Assembly (NCBI GenBank): GCA_963921285.3
Contig: CAWUFD020000006.1
Coordinates: forward strand, 11,795 to 75,794
Direction: 5' to 3'
DNA: 64,000 nt
DNA from: Pseudomonadales bacterium
GTDB taxonomy: Bacteria > Pseudomonadota > Gammaproteobacteria > Pseudomonadales > Azotimanducaceae
Shown here piece after piece: positions 44,301 to 52,467 of this stretch. Both the position numbers and the translations under genes were made by a program. Below the pieces are notes generated by a model that was not told where the DNA came from, ran no database searches, and was given only the letters and a program-made list of their open reading frames with translations. Position 1 is the first letter of the stretch, and every line of letters starts with the position of its first letter.

Positions 44301-46178
44301 TCAGGGGTGATCATCCAAATACTTCACGACCCTGTCGACACATTCTTCGATGGACAGGTTATGGGTATCAAGATAGATGTCGGGATTTTCAGGTACTTCG
44401 TAGTCGCTGTCGACTCCGGTGAAGTTTGGTAGTTCTCCCCTGCGAGCTTTGGCGTACAACCCTTTGGGATCTCGTTTTTCCGCTTCCTCGACTGAGATGT
44501 CTACGTGGACCTCAACAAAGTCCTCGTCTGAAAGAAGGCGACGCGCCGAATCCCGCTCTGCCCTGAAAGGAGAGATAAAGGCAGTGATAACAACCAGCCC
44601 GGCATCTACCATCAGTTTGGCCACTTCGGAAACACGACGTATGTTCTCTATGCGATCGCCATCTGAGAAGCCGAGATCCTGGTTCAAACCGTGCCTGACG
44701 TTATCGCCGTCAAGAATATAGGTACGGACGCCCTTGCCGTGCAGTTGCTGCTCCAGCGCATCAGCGATCGACGATTTGCCCGACCCACTCAGACCCGTCA
44801 TCCAGATCACTCGACCACGATGGCCGTTCATGGACTCCCGTGCTGCTCGATCAATAACCAGGGATTGTGCATGCACATTACTCGCCCGGCGCAGCGCAAA
44901 ATTCAACATCCCTGCGGCCACAGTGGCGTTGGAATATCTATCGATAAGCACAAACGCCCCCATGCTGCGACTGTCACCGTAGGCTTCAAAGGCAACCGGC
45001 TTGTCGAGGCTGAGCGTGGCCACGCCAATGTCATTCAACCCGAGATCTTTAGACGACAGGTGATCAAGCGTATTGATGTTGTACTTGTACTTGATGTCCA
45101 TCACAGTGGCATTCACAACGGTGTTTCCGATCTTCAGCCAGTAGGCCCTGCCAACGTGCCCCGGGTCTGTATCCATCCAGACCACATTTGCTTCAAACTG
45201 GTCAGCAACTTCATTAGGTGATGCGGCTGCAACGATGACATCTCCCCTGGAGCAGTCAATTTCGCGATCAAGTGTAATGGTGACCGCCTGGTCTGTTGTC
45301 GCCTGCTCAAGGCTGTCTGTATAGAGAATGATGTCTTTTACTTTTGCGAGTTGCCCTGCCGGCAAGACGCGAACTTCATCGCCTGGTTTTACTGTGCCGG
45401 CGACTACCGTGCCCGAAAAACCACGGAAGGTACGGTCTGGTCGATTAACCCACTGCACCGGGAATCGCAGTGGTTGTAGCGCTTTCGACTCATGCGCATC
45501 GACAGTTTCGAGAAAACCCATCAAGGTTGGGCCGCTATACCAGGACGTTTTGGCGGAACGTTCAATAACGTTATCGCCAAGTAATGCAGACAGAGGGATT
45601 GGCGTAATGGACTCGAACTCGAGCTGTTCCGCAAACCGTTCATAGTCCTCAACAATCCCTTCGTAGGTCGCCTGGTCGTAATCGACCAGGTCCATCTTGT
45701 TTACGGCGAGCGCGACGTGCTTGATACCAAGAAGTGATGTGATGAACGAATGTCTGCGGGTTTGGGTCAGTACACCTTGTGAGGCATCAACAAGAATCAC
45801 AGCAACGTCGGCGGTGGATGCGCCTGTCGCCATGTTACGCGTGTACTGTTCATGGCCGGGCGTATCTGCCACGATGAATTTGCGGTGGTCTGTTGAAAAG
45901 AACCGGTAAGCCACGTCAATAGTGATGCCCTGCTCTCTTTCTGCCGCCAGTCCGTCGACCAGTAGCGCAAAGTCGATATCGCCATCCTGGGTACCGACCT
46001 TCCTGGAGTCATTGCGCAGCGCAGCCACCTGGTCTTCGAAGATAAGCTGCGCCTCGTAAAGCATTCGGCCAATGAGCGTACTCTTGCCGTCGTCAACGCT
46101 CCCGCAGGTGATAAACCGGAGAAGGTCAAGGTTGGTCTGGGTATCGAGGTATTCCTCGATTTTTTGCAGTTCATTCAT
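44301..46178 (-). CDS. cysNC: Bifunctional sulfate adenylyltransferase subunit 1 / adenylyl-sulfate kinase (NodQ-type)
   Basis: The GTPase domain has [21 protein letters not shown] and NKMD. The C-terminal APS kinase has [11 protein letters not shown] and [14 protein letters not shown]. Confidence 0.95.
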   Translation of the reverse strand: MNELQKIEEYLDTQTNLDLLRFITCGSVDDGKSTLIGRMLYEAQLIFEDQVAALRNDSRKVGTQDGDIDFALLVDGLAAEREQGITIDVAYRFFSTDHRKFIVADTPGHEQYTRNMATGASTADVAVILVDASQGVLTQTRRHSFITSLLGIKHVALAVNKMDLVDYDQATYEGIVEDYERFAEQLEFESITPIPLSALLGDNVIERSAKTSWYSGPTLMGFLETVDAHESKALQPLRFPVQWVNRPDRTFRGFSGTVVAGTVKPGDEVRVLPAGQLAKVKDIILYTDSLEQATTDQAVTITLDREIDCSRGDVIVAAASPNEVADQFEANVVWMDTDPGHVGRAYWLKIGNTVVNATVMDIKYKYNINTLDHLSSKDLGLNDIGVATLSLDKPVAFEAYGDSRSMGAFVLIDRYSNATVAAGMLNFALRRASNVHAQSLVIDRAARESMNGHRGRVIWMTGLSGSGKSSIADALEQQLHGKGVRTYILDGDNVRHGLNQDLGFSDGDRIENIRRVSEVAKLMVDAGLVVITAFISPFRAERDSARRLLSDEDFVEVHVDISVEEAEKRDPKGLYAKARRGELPNFTGVDSDYEVPENPDIYLDTHNLSIEECVDRVVKYLDDHP

Positions 46179-46219
46179 TGGGTGTTCCTTGGGACTGCTG
46201 GTTTATGGTGGCATCAGGT

Positions 46220-46303
46220 GAGATCTCTCCGCTGCGCAGCCTTTGGCTGCTACGGTCGAGATGACGGTCTCTCGCCGCCATCTCGAGGGCAGCCGAGAGA
46301 TCT
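46220..46303. repeat. REP-like palindromic element, copy 1 (most complete)
   Basis: The outer arms are GAGATCTCTCCGCTGC and GCAGCCGAGAGATCTG. They enclose hairpins GCAGCC-ttt-GGCTGC and TCGAGATG-15nt-CATCTCGA. The element is intercistronic between DUF2061 and cysNC. Confidence 0.7.
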
Positions 46304-46316
46304 GAACCCTCGCACT

Positions 46317-46577
46317 TCAAGATCGCACCTCCGGCTCGGGTGCCACAATTTGACGAACCGCACCTCTGGGAACCATTTGCCACGCACGTTCATGCCCGTA
46401 ATAGATAAAAAACTTGGCAAAAAACTCTATACCGCCAATGAGGAGCGCGGCCTCCACCTCGCCCGTAATAATGAAGGCGATAATGGCGGTAGTGGTTGTT
46501 GCAACGATTCTCCATGAGAACGCTTTCAGCAGGCTTCTCAGGTGGGATTCTCGATACTCATATGGTTCTGTATGCAT
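46317..46577 (-). CDS. DUF2061-family small membrane protein
   Basis: Contains SLLKAFSWRIVATTTTAIIAFIITGE...GIEFFAKFFIYYGHERAW. Confidence 0.65.
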   Translation of the reverse strand: MHTEPYEYRESHLRSLLKAFSWRIVATTTTAIIAFIITGEVEAALLIGGIEFFAKFFIYYGHERAWQMVPRGAVRQIVAPEPEVRS

Positions 46578-46597
46578 TGGTTTCTCGTGTGTATAAG

Positions 46598-46659
46598 GAG
46601 TTCTGCTTCGGTCGAGACGACAACGTAGGGCGTCATCCCGAGCGTCAGTCGAGGGATCT
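46598..46659. repeat. REP-like palindromic element, copy 3 (degenerate)
   Basis: GAGTTCTGCTTCGGTCGAGACGAC...GTCATCCCGA...GTCGAGGGATCT. It is intercistronic between cysD and DUF2061. Confidence 0.55.
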
Positions 46660-46676
46660 GGTACACGCGATATTGC

Positions 46677-47576
46677 TTAGAAATATCCTTCCTGTTTCTT
46701 CTTCTCCATAGAGCCTGAACTGTCCGTGTCGATCGCCCTTCCCTGGCGTTCACTGGTCCTGGCTTCGAGAAGTTCCAGCAGAATCTTGGGCAAGGTGTCG
46801 GCTTCCGATTCGATTGCCCCGGTAAGGGGATAGCAGCCAAGTGTTCGGAAACGTACTCGCTTCGTCATCACTTTTTCATCGGGGAAGAGCTTCAGGCGAT
46901 CATCGTCGACCATCATGAGCATGCCGTCGCGCTCTATTACGGGTCTTTCTGCCGCAAAGTAAAGCGGCACAATGGGGATGTCCTCCTTCAGGATGTACTG
47001 CCAGATGTCCAGCTCAGTCCAGTTGGAAAGGGGAAACACCCGAATAGACTCTCCCGGCGCCTTTTTGCCGTTGTAGATGTTCCATAGTTCCGGACGCTGG
47101 TTTTTGGGATCCCATCTGTGGGCACTGTTCCTGAACGAAAACACACGTTCCTTCGCTCGACTTTTCTCTTCATCGCGCCTTGCCCCGCCAAAGGCGGCAT
47201 CAAACTTGTGTTCATTGAGCGCCTGAATCAGCCCCTGTGTTTTCATGATGTCCGTATGTAAAGCACTGCCGTGATCAAACGGATTGATGTTCTTTTCAAC
47301 ACCCTCCGGGTTGATATGAACAATCAGGTCCATACCCGTCTCATCGGCAATCATCTGCCTGAATTCATACATCGCCTGGAACTTCCAGCGGGTATCAACA
47401 TGAAGGAGCGGGAACGGTGGCTTACTTGGATAGAAAGCTTTCTGGGCCAGTCGCAACATGACAGAGCTGTCCTTGCCAATGGAGTACAGCATTACGGGGT
47501 TTTCAGATTCCGCCATCACCTCACGAATGATATGAATGCTTTCAGCTTCGAGGCGATCAAGATGTGTCAGGTCCAT
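46677..47576 (-). CDS. cysD: Sulfate adenylyltransferase subunit 2 (canonical core)
   Basis: [40 protein letters not shown]...[13 protein letters not shown]...[24 protein letters not shown] is colinear with E. coli CysD from its first residue. The ATG is at 47576-47574. Confidence 0.95.
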   Translation of the reverse strand: MDLTHLDRLEAESIHIIREVMAESENPVMLYSIGKDSSVMLRLAQKAFYPSKPPFPLLHVDTRWKFQAMYEFRQMIADETGMDLIVHINPEGVEKNINPFDHGSALHTDIMKTQGLIQALNEHKFDAAFGGARRDEEKSRAKERVFSFRNSAHRWDPKNQRPELWNIYNGKKAPGESIRVFPLSNWTELDIWQYILKEDIPIVPLYFAAERPVIERDGMLMMVDDDRLKLFPDEKVMTKRVRFRTLGCYPLTGAIESEADTLPKILLELLEARTSERQGRAIDTDSSGSMEKKKQEGYF

Positions 47577-48188
47577 ACTTCCAGATTTCCTTTGAGAATA
47601 GCTTTTAGGGTAGCTTTGAGAATAGCTTGGGGTTTTGTGTTCGGGGTTCAGAAACGAAGCGACCGAGCTTTTTTGATAAGCGGTGAGACCAAACTGGACA
47701 TTATGAGCACCCAGTTTCAATTCCTGACTGCCATGTTGCGCGACGATATCTCTGGCGTGCTCTATAACCTCAGCACCTGGCCAGACCTGGATATCGCGAT
47801 CATAAGACTGCGTTATCTGCTCGAGAAATTCTGTCAGTGATGCACTGTCCAACTGCTGAGCGTAGTTCCAGCGGCGCCCGCCGCGACCATCGTTCACCAT
47901 CAGAACGTAACCTGCGTCAGCGTGTTGCTGTGCCTGCAGCACGAGGCATGGGACACGTTTTCTTTTTGCCTCGGCTTCCAGCTCATCGACGACCAGCTGT
48001 TTCAAGTTGAGTGCACTGATCAGTTCAGGGAGCAGTTTTACCGCGGGCAGGATTTGTTCATCATCAAGCATGCGCTCCACAGTCCGCAGTGACACGGCGT
48101 GACCTGCCAGTTTTAAGGCCTGCTGCATACCGCGTAGATCCCACGGTGCACCGGGATTGGACTTCAGAAGAGAAGGAGCGAGCTTCAT
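47577..48188 (-). CDS. 204-codon ORF of unknown function, in frame with and not separated by a stop from cysD (N-terminal extension, or an upstream gene that lost its stop)
   Basis: The ORF track gives one 503-aa ORF at 46677-48188. The N-terminal part begins [41 protein letters not shown] and ends in the low-complexity linker [18 protein letters not shown] recognise no family. Confidence 0.45.
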
Positions 48189-48260
48189 GTCGTAATTTGC
48201 AGATATTTGCTTGTTATCACTTGGGTAGTGAATATTACTCTACAAAATGCAAATTACGAC
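48189..48260. promoter_or_regulatory. 13-bp perfect inverted repeat in the AT-rich leader directly abutting the 48188 start codon
   Basis: GTCGTAATTTGCA at 48189-48201 pairs with TGCAAATTACGAC at 48248-48260, with a 46-nt spacer. Confidence 0.35.
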
Positions 48261-48285
48261 AATAATAAAATCCTACTTTTATAGA

Positions 48286-49152
48286 CTATTTTGGAATAAA
48301 TGATTTCAACATCAGCCAGGTTTGGCTGATCAATATTCTGCTGAAATCACAGATCAGAAAAGGTACAACGTGCACTGGTGGCGGCGCCAGCCTGGCAAAA
48401 TTGAGCCGATAAAGCAGGCAAAACGGTGAGCGTCGGGAGAAGAAGCTGATGATCCAGGCAATCGGAGACAAGCGTGTTTCTCCCGCTATACCGGTGTCGG
48501 TCAGCACCGCCGAGGTTGATACGGCAAGCCTATATCCAGATCTCGCTGCTCGAGCGGCGAACTCATAGTCAGCACCATAGTGCGGCAGGTGCGACTCATC
48601 GTAGAGACCACACTCCCTGAATGCGCGGACCGGGATCAACGTTCCCCGGCCTGGCAATACATTCACCTCAGGATCATCATCTCGGCCCTGCAGATCCGTC
48701 AGCGACATGCCCTCGGTCCTGTTTAGCTTTGCAGTGAGCCAGTTAACGCTGACCCCACCATCCAGCACTCGCCCGCTTCCAGCTTCGACCAGCACTGATC
48801 CGATCAAGGTGGACTCATCAGCACTTGAGACCAATTCAGCCACGTAGTCGACTGGGCACAAGGTGTCATCGTTCAGACTGAGAACGAAATCTGCGTCAGT
48901 CGCTTCGTCGAGCACCTGACTGACACCATAGTTCATACCCCCGGTCCACCAAAGGTTCCCATCACCATGCAGCACGGTGACATAGGGGTAATGCTCGTTT
49001 ATGGCCTGCGAAGTACCATCGTCTGAACCATCATCGACAACGATTGTGGTGATGTTTGAATAGGTCTGGTGGGAGAGTGTCTCGAGACAATCAAGCGTCT
49101 TTTGTTTTCGGTTGTGAACCGGTATGACGATATAGACAGCCGGTATCACCAA
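48286..49152 (-). CDS. Family 2 glycosyltransferase
   Basis: Contains VIPVHNRKQKTLDCLETLSHQTY..ITTIVVDDGSDDGT and LNDD. Confidence 0.85.
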   Translation of the reverse strand: MVIPAVYIVIPVHNRKQKTLDCLETLSHQTYSNITTIVVDDGSDDGTSQAINEHYPYVTVLHGDGNLWWTGGMNYGVSQVLDEATDADFVLSLNDDTLCPVDYVAELVSSADESTLIGSVLVEAGSGRVLDGGVSVNWLTAKLNRTEGMSLTDLQGRDDDPEVNVLPGRGTLIPVRAFRECGLYDESHLPHYGADYEFAARAARSGYRLAVSTSAVLTDTGIAGETRLSPIAWIISFFSRRSPFCLLYRLNFARLAPPPVHVVPFLICDFSRILISQTWLMLKSFIPK

Positions 49153-49161
49153 CCTCGCTCC

Positions 49162-50574
49162 CTAGTAGGCGTTTTGGGAACGGACAAGAACAAACAGTGT
49201 CCTCAGCATAATCTGGATATCAAGCCAGGGGGACCAGTTATTGATGTAGGCAAGATCATGCTGGATGCGCCCTTCCATGTCCTTGATGTCCCGCGTCTCA
49301 CCCCTGAAACCACTAACCTGGGCAAGCCCTGTAAGCCCCGGTTTAACCCTGTGTCGAGCCATATAGGAACCGATCTTGTCCGAGTAGTAGTCATTCAAGG
49401 AGATTGGGTGGGGCCGCGGTCCTACGATCGACATCGTGCCATTTAGCACGTTGAACAACTGTGGCAGCTCATCAATGCTCGACTTTCTGATAAACCTCCC
49501 AATGGGGGTCACCCTCGGGTCATCTCGAGTGGCCTGGGTTGCAACACCATTCGGTTCTTCATGAACCACCATGCTCCTGAATTTGTAGATTTTGATAACC
49601 TCGCCATCCCAACCATGACGTAACTGCGTGAAGATGACCGGCCCAGGCGATGTCACTTTGATGATGAGCGCTGTGACTAACATCACCGGTGAAAGCACAA
49701 TCAGCGCCACCAGCGCGATGCTGAAATCCATCACTGCTTTGATGAACTTGTTGCTGCCAACCAGCGGGGTTTCAGACAGGGAGATGACAGGTGCGCCGCC
49801 AAGTTCCCGAACGCTGTGGTTTAAAAGATCGACGCTGAAAATATCAGGTGCCCAGATAACGTCGATGTTCAGCTCAGCGAGGCGAACGAACAGTGGTTGA
49901 ATCAGATCCGCCTGTTTCATCGGCAACGCAAGATAAACTCGCCGGATATCGTACTGCTTAATGGTTTCTTCCAGACGGTCAATCGATGCTATTGCACTAC
50001 CATTACCGTTCGTTTCGTCTGACTCGATCAACCCTACAACCTCATCAGGAATCCACCGGTTTGCATTGATGACCCATTCGAGGTGCTGTGCGAGTTCCTG
50101 TGTGCCGACAATCACACAGGGGATTTTCTCTGCGGAGGACTTGATCAGCAGTTGGCGAACAAAGAGATAAGACAGCAGTTGCGCAACAAAACCTGAGATG
50201 GACCATAGAACTGTTGCTTCCCGCGAGAAGGTCGCAGAGGACTTCGTCAGGAACGTCACGGCTATTGTTAACGCCACAACCACGCTCCATGATTTTATCA
50301 GCGCCGTAAATCGATCAAAGAAAGAAGAATTGATGCGGTAAACGCCGTTCAACGAATAGACCACCAGCATCAGCAGAACGATCGAAAACGCGAGCAGGCG
50401 GTGCGGGGTATCGTCCCACTGCATGCCGCGATACCACGCATGGAAGAAAAACAGCCCCACAACAAGAGCCACGTCCAGAATCATCTGCAGCCAGCGTGCA
50501 GAGGAATTGTGTTCGCGAACTAGCGCTTTCCCGGATTTCGGGATTCTGCTGGTGGCTGCCTGGGTTGCGTTCAT
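49162..50574 (-). CDS. Polyprenyl-phosphate hexose-1-phosphate transferase (WcaJ/WbaP-type initiating phosphoglycosyltransferase)
   Basis: Several N-terminal TM segments. The C-terminal sugar-transferase domain has KFRSM, DELPQLFNVLNGTMSIVGPRP and KPGLTGLAQVSG. Confidence 0.9.
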   Translation of the reverse strand: MNATQAATSRIPKSGKALVREHNSSARWLQMILDVALVVGLFFFHAWYRGMQWDDTPHRLLAFSIVLLMLVVYSLNGVYRINSSFFDRFTALIKSWSVVVALTIAVTFLTKSSATFSREATVLWSISGFVAQLLSYLFVRQLLIKSSAEKIPCVIVGTQELAQHLEWVINANRWIPDEVVGLIESDETNGNGSAIASIDRLEETIKQYDIRRVYLALPMKQADLIQPLFVRLAELNIDVIWAPDIFSVDLLNHSVRELGGAPVISLSETPLVGSNKFIKAVMDFSIALVALIVLSPVMLVTALIIKVTSPGPVIFTQLRHGWDGEVIKIYKFRSMVVHEEPNGVATQATRDDPRVTPIGRFIRKSSIDELPQLFNVLNGTMSIVGPRPHPISLNDYYSDKIGSYMARHRVKPGLTGLAQVSGFRGETRDIKDMEGRIQHDLAYINNWSPWLDIQIMLRTLFVLVRSQNAY

Positions 50575-50776
50575 GGCGCGTAGTTTACCACCTGGAAGCT
50601 AGCAGTCTGCAGGACTTAGCGCTGATCTACTGCGCTGATGGGAAATTGGCCAGATTATCCAGTTTTCCTCGTTGAATATTCTCGATATTCGCCGAAACGT
50701 CGGACCGCTGAAAAACCGAATAATCTGACTCAATTTCCCACCGTGCTCGCTACGATCGTCTAAGCCCCGCAGACTG

Positions 50777-51613
50777 CTAGTATTCTCCTCTGATAAGACG
50801 CATAACCCTGGCAGGGGTCAGGCGTTGAATCAGGTTCCAGGACAATCGCGGGACCGAGCGAAGAATCAACTTCCAATCGGGCTCACTGGCCAGGTGATGT
50901 AAACCCAGCGATTTGGCGATGGCGGACGATTTTGCGTCAGATCCACTTTCAAAGAATCGTGAATTCAGATAAGTGCCGCCGATCGCAACCACAGATTTTT
51001 TGAATCCATGCTCTTTGATCAGCCTTGGCATCTGGAGGCGGCCGAAGTCCAGCACCCCCTCAGTCAGTTCGAGGTCCGCAAAGAAAAAACCGTGGCGCGT
51101 CAGGAAATCCTGCATTTGCATGAAGGTATTTTCACCTTGATAGAATTCATAAATACCCGGTTCAATCGACACGGCCGTCAGGTTGTGCAAAACCTCATCA
51201 GGCAAGGCGGCAAGGATATCCATGTCTGCGCCCTGGGTATCCAGCTTGATCCAGTCCGCCGTTACCGATTCCTGCTCAAGAAATTCTGCGAGCGCCACCG
51301 CTTCGACTGTCGTTTCTGACACAACAGAGAAGCGTTCAGCAAAGGTATATCGATTAACGTGAACCGGGTTAGGCGGCTTCAGGCTGGAACACGTTGGATT
51401 CCTGGTCAGATAGAACGGCAACTCACTTGTCTGCTCAGCAATGGCCACCGCATGAAATTCCTGCCCCTCAAACTTCGGCACCAGCCGGCCGTCTGGATCA
51501 AACGATATAATTCTTCGTTGTTTCAGCTTGAGGAAGGGATCATAGGGACGTACGGATCCGCCGATATCAAGGCAGACGACGGGAAAATCTCGAGCACTCA
51601 TCTTCGCAACCAA
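50777..51613 (-). CDS. FkbM-like methyltransferase
   Basis: Contains CLDIGGSVRPY and WIKLDTQGADMDILAAL. Same subtype as 33850-34791. Confidence 0.6.
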   Translation of the reverse strand: MVAKMSARDFPVVCLDIGGSVRPYDPFLKLKQRRIISFDPDGRLVPKFEGQEFHAVAIAEQTSELPFYLTRNPTCSSLKPPNPVHVNRYTFAERFSVVSETTVEAVALAEFLEQESVTADWIKLDTQGADMDILAALPDEVLHNLTAVSIEPGIYEFYQGENTFMQMQDFLTRHGFFFADLELTEGVLDFGRLQMPRLIKEHGFKKSVVAIGGTYLNSRFFESGSDAKSSAIAKSLGLHHLASEPDWKLILRSVPRLSWNLIQRLTPARVMRLIRGEY

Positions 51614-52467
51614 CTTCGAGTACCCGATCGTGCATTAGCGAGACATTGCTGCGAAACCAGCGACAGCAATGGCAAGAAAGATTCACGATGCCGCTGCCAG
51701 ATTCGAGTCGGGTCAGAAACAAGCCGCCACAACCACTCCAGGCCTATTGCATGCACCCAACGCGGCGAATCAGTTTGTTCGCCAGTGATGTAGTCAAAGG
51801 CTGCGCCGACACCAATGCAGTAAGCATTGAGCTGATCTGAATTGTTTGCCATCCAAAGTTCCTGTTTGGGGCAGCCAAGGCCAAGCACGACAAAATTGGC
51901 ACCCGATTCGTTGATTCTGCGCAGCAGACCATCATCCCTCGAAGTTATCGCATCAGAAAAAGGTGGGCATTCTGCGAAAACACAGTTAATCCCATATTGT
52001 TTCTGCAACCCTCTTGATAAAGCATCGAGCTGGCCAGGTGTTCTTCCTCCATACAACGCAACCCTTGCACTGTTTCCAAGCTCCCCCAGGATCTGCGCAA
52101 GCAATCTGTCTCCCCGCAATACAGGGGGCGGTTTGCGAAGTGAAATCAGCGATAGGAGCGCAGTGAGCACACGGGAATCAGGATAAACCATATCCGCGGA
52201 AGCATAGGCCTCTGACATTTTGGCATCACGGTTCGCTAAAACCATAGAGTGCACATTGGAGACACAACAATATCCCCGATGTCTTCTTGTCACCTTGGCA
52301 CAAACGTCCCGCACAAACTCACCGAGCTCTATGTCCGCGTAGGCAGCGGTACCAAGGAAAATCCTGTTATCACACATGGGCGCTGATTTTGGCACGAAAG
52401 CGACGTGGGCCCCAGACTTGATTAGCTTCCCAGCCGCGAGATCATTTCCACCAGATTGTCCCGCCAT
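51598..52467 (-). CDS. WecB/TagA/CpsF-family (GT26) glycosyltransferase
   Basis: Contains VSNVHSMV, VVLGLGCPKQELWM and IGVGAAFDYITGE...PRWVHAIGLEWLWRL. An alternative start, MCDNRIF at 52377, would remove the overlap with rfbD. Confidence 0.8.
   Translation of the reverse strand: MAGQSGGNDLAAGKLIKSGAHVAFVPKSAPMCDNRIFLGTAAYADIELGEFVRDVCAKVTRRHRGYCCVSNVHSMVLANRDAKMSEAYASADMVYPDSRVLTALLSLISLRKPPPVLRGDRLLAQILGELGNSARVALYGGRTPGQLDALSRGLQKQYGINCVFAECPPFSDAITSRDDGLLRRINESGANFVVLGLGCPKQELWMANNSDQLNAYCIGVGAAFDYITGEQTDSPRWVHAIGLEWLWRLVSDPTRIWQRHRESFLPLLSLVSQQCLANARSGTRSWLRR

Noticed and set aside
44461-44500. Sequence GGGATCTCgtttttCCGCTTCctcgacTGAGATG, loosely resembling the REP-like family
   Set aside because: It encodes the highly conserved APS-kinase segment ([10 protein letters not shown]) of cysNC. 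The similarity is short and interrupted, so it is most likely coincidence.
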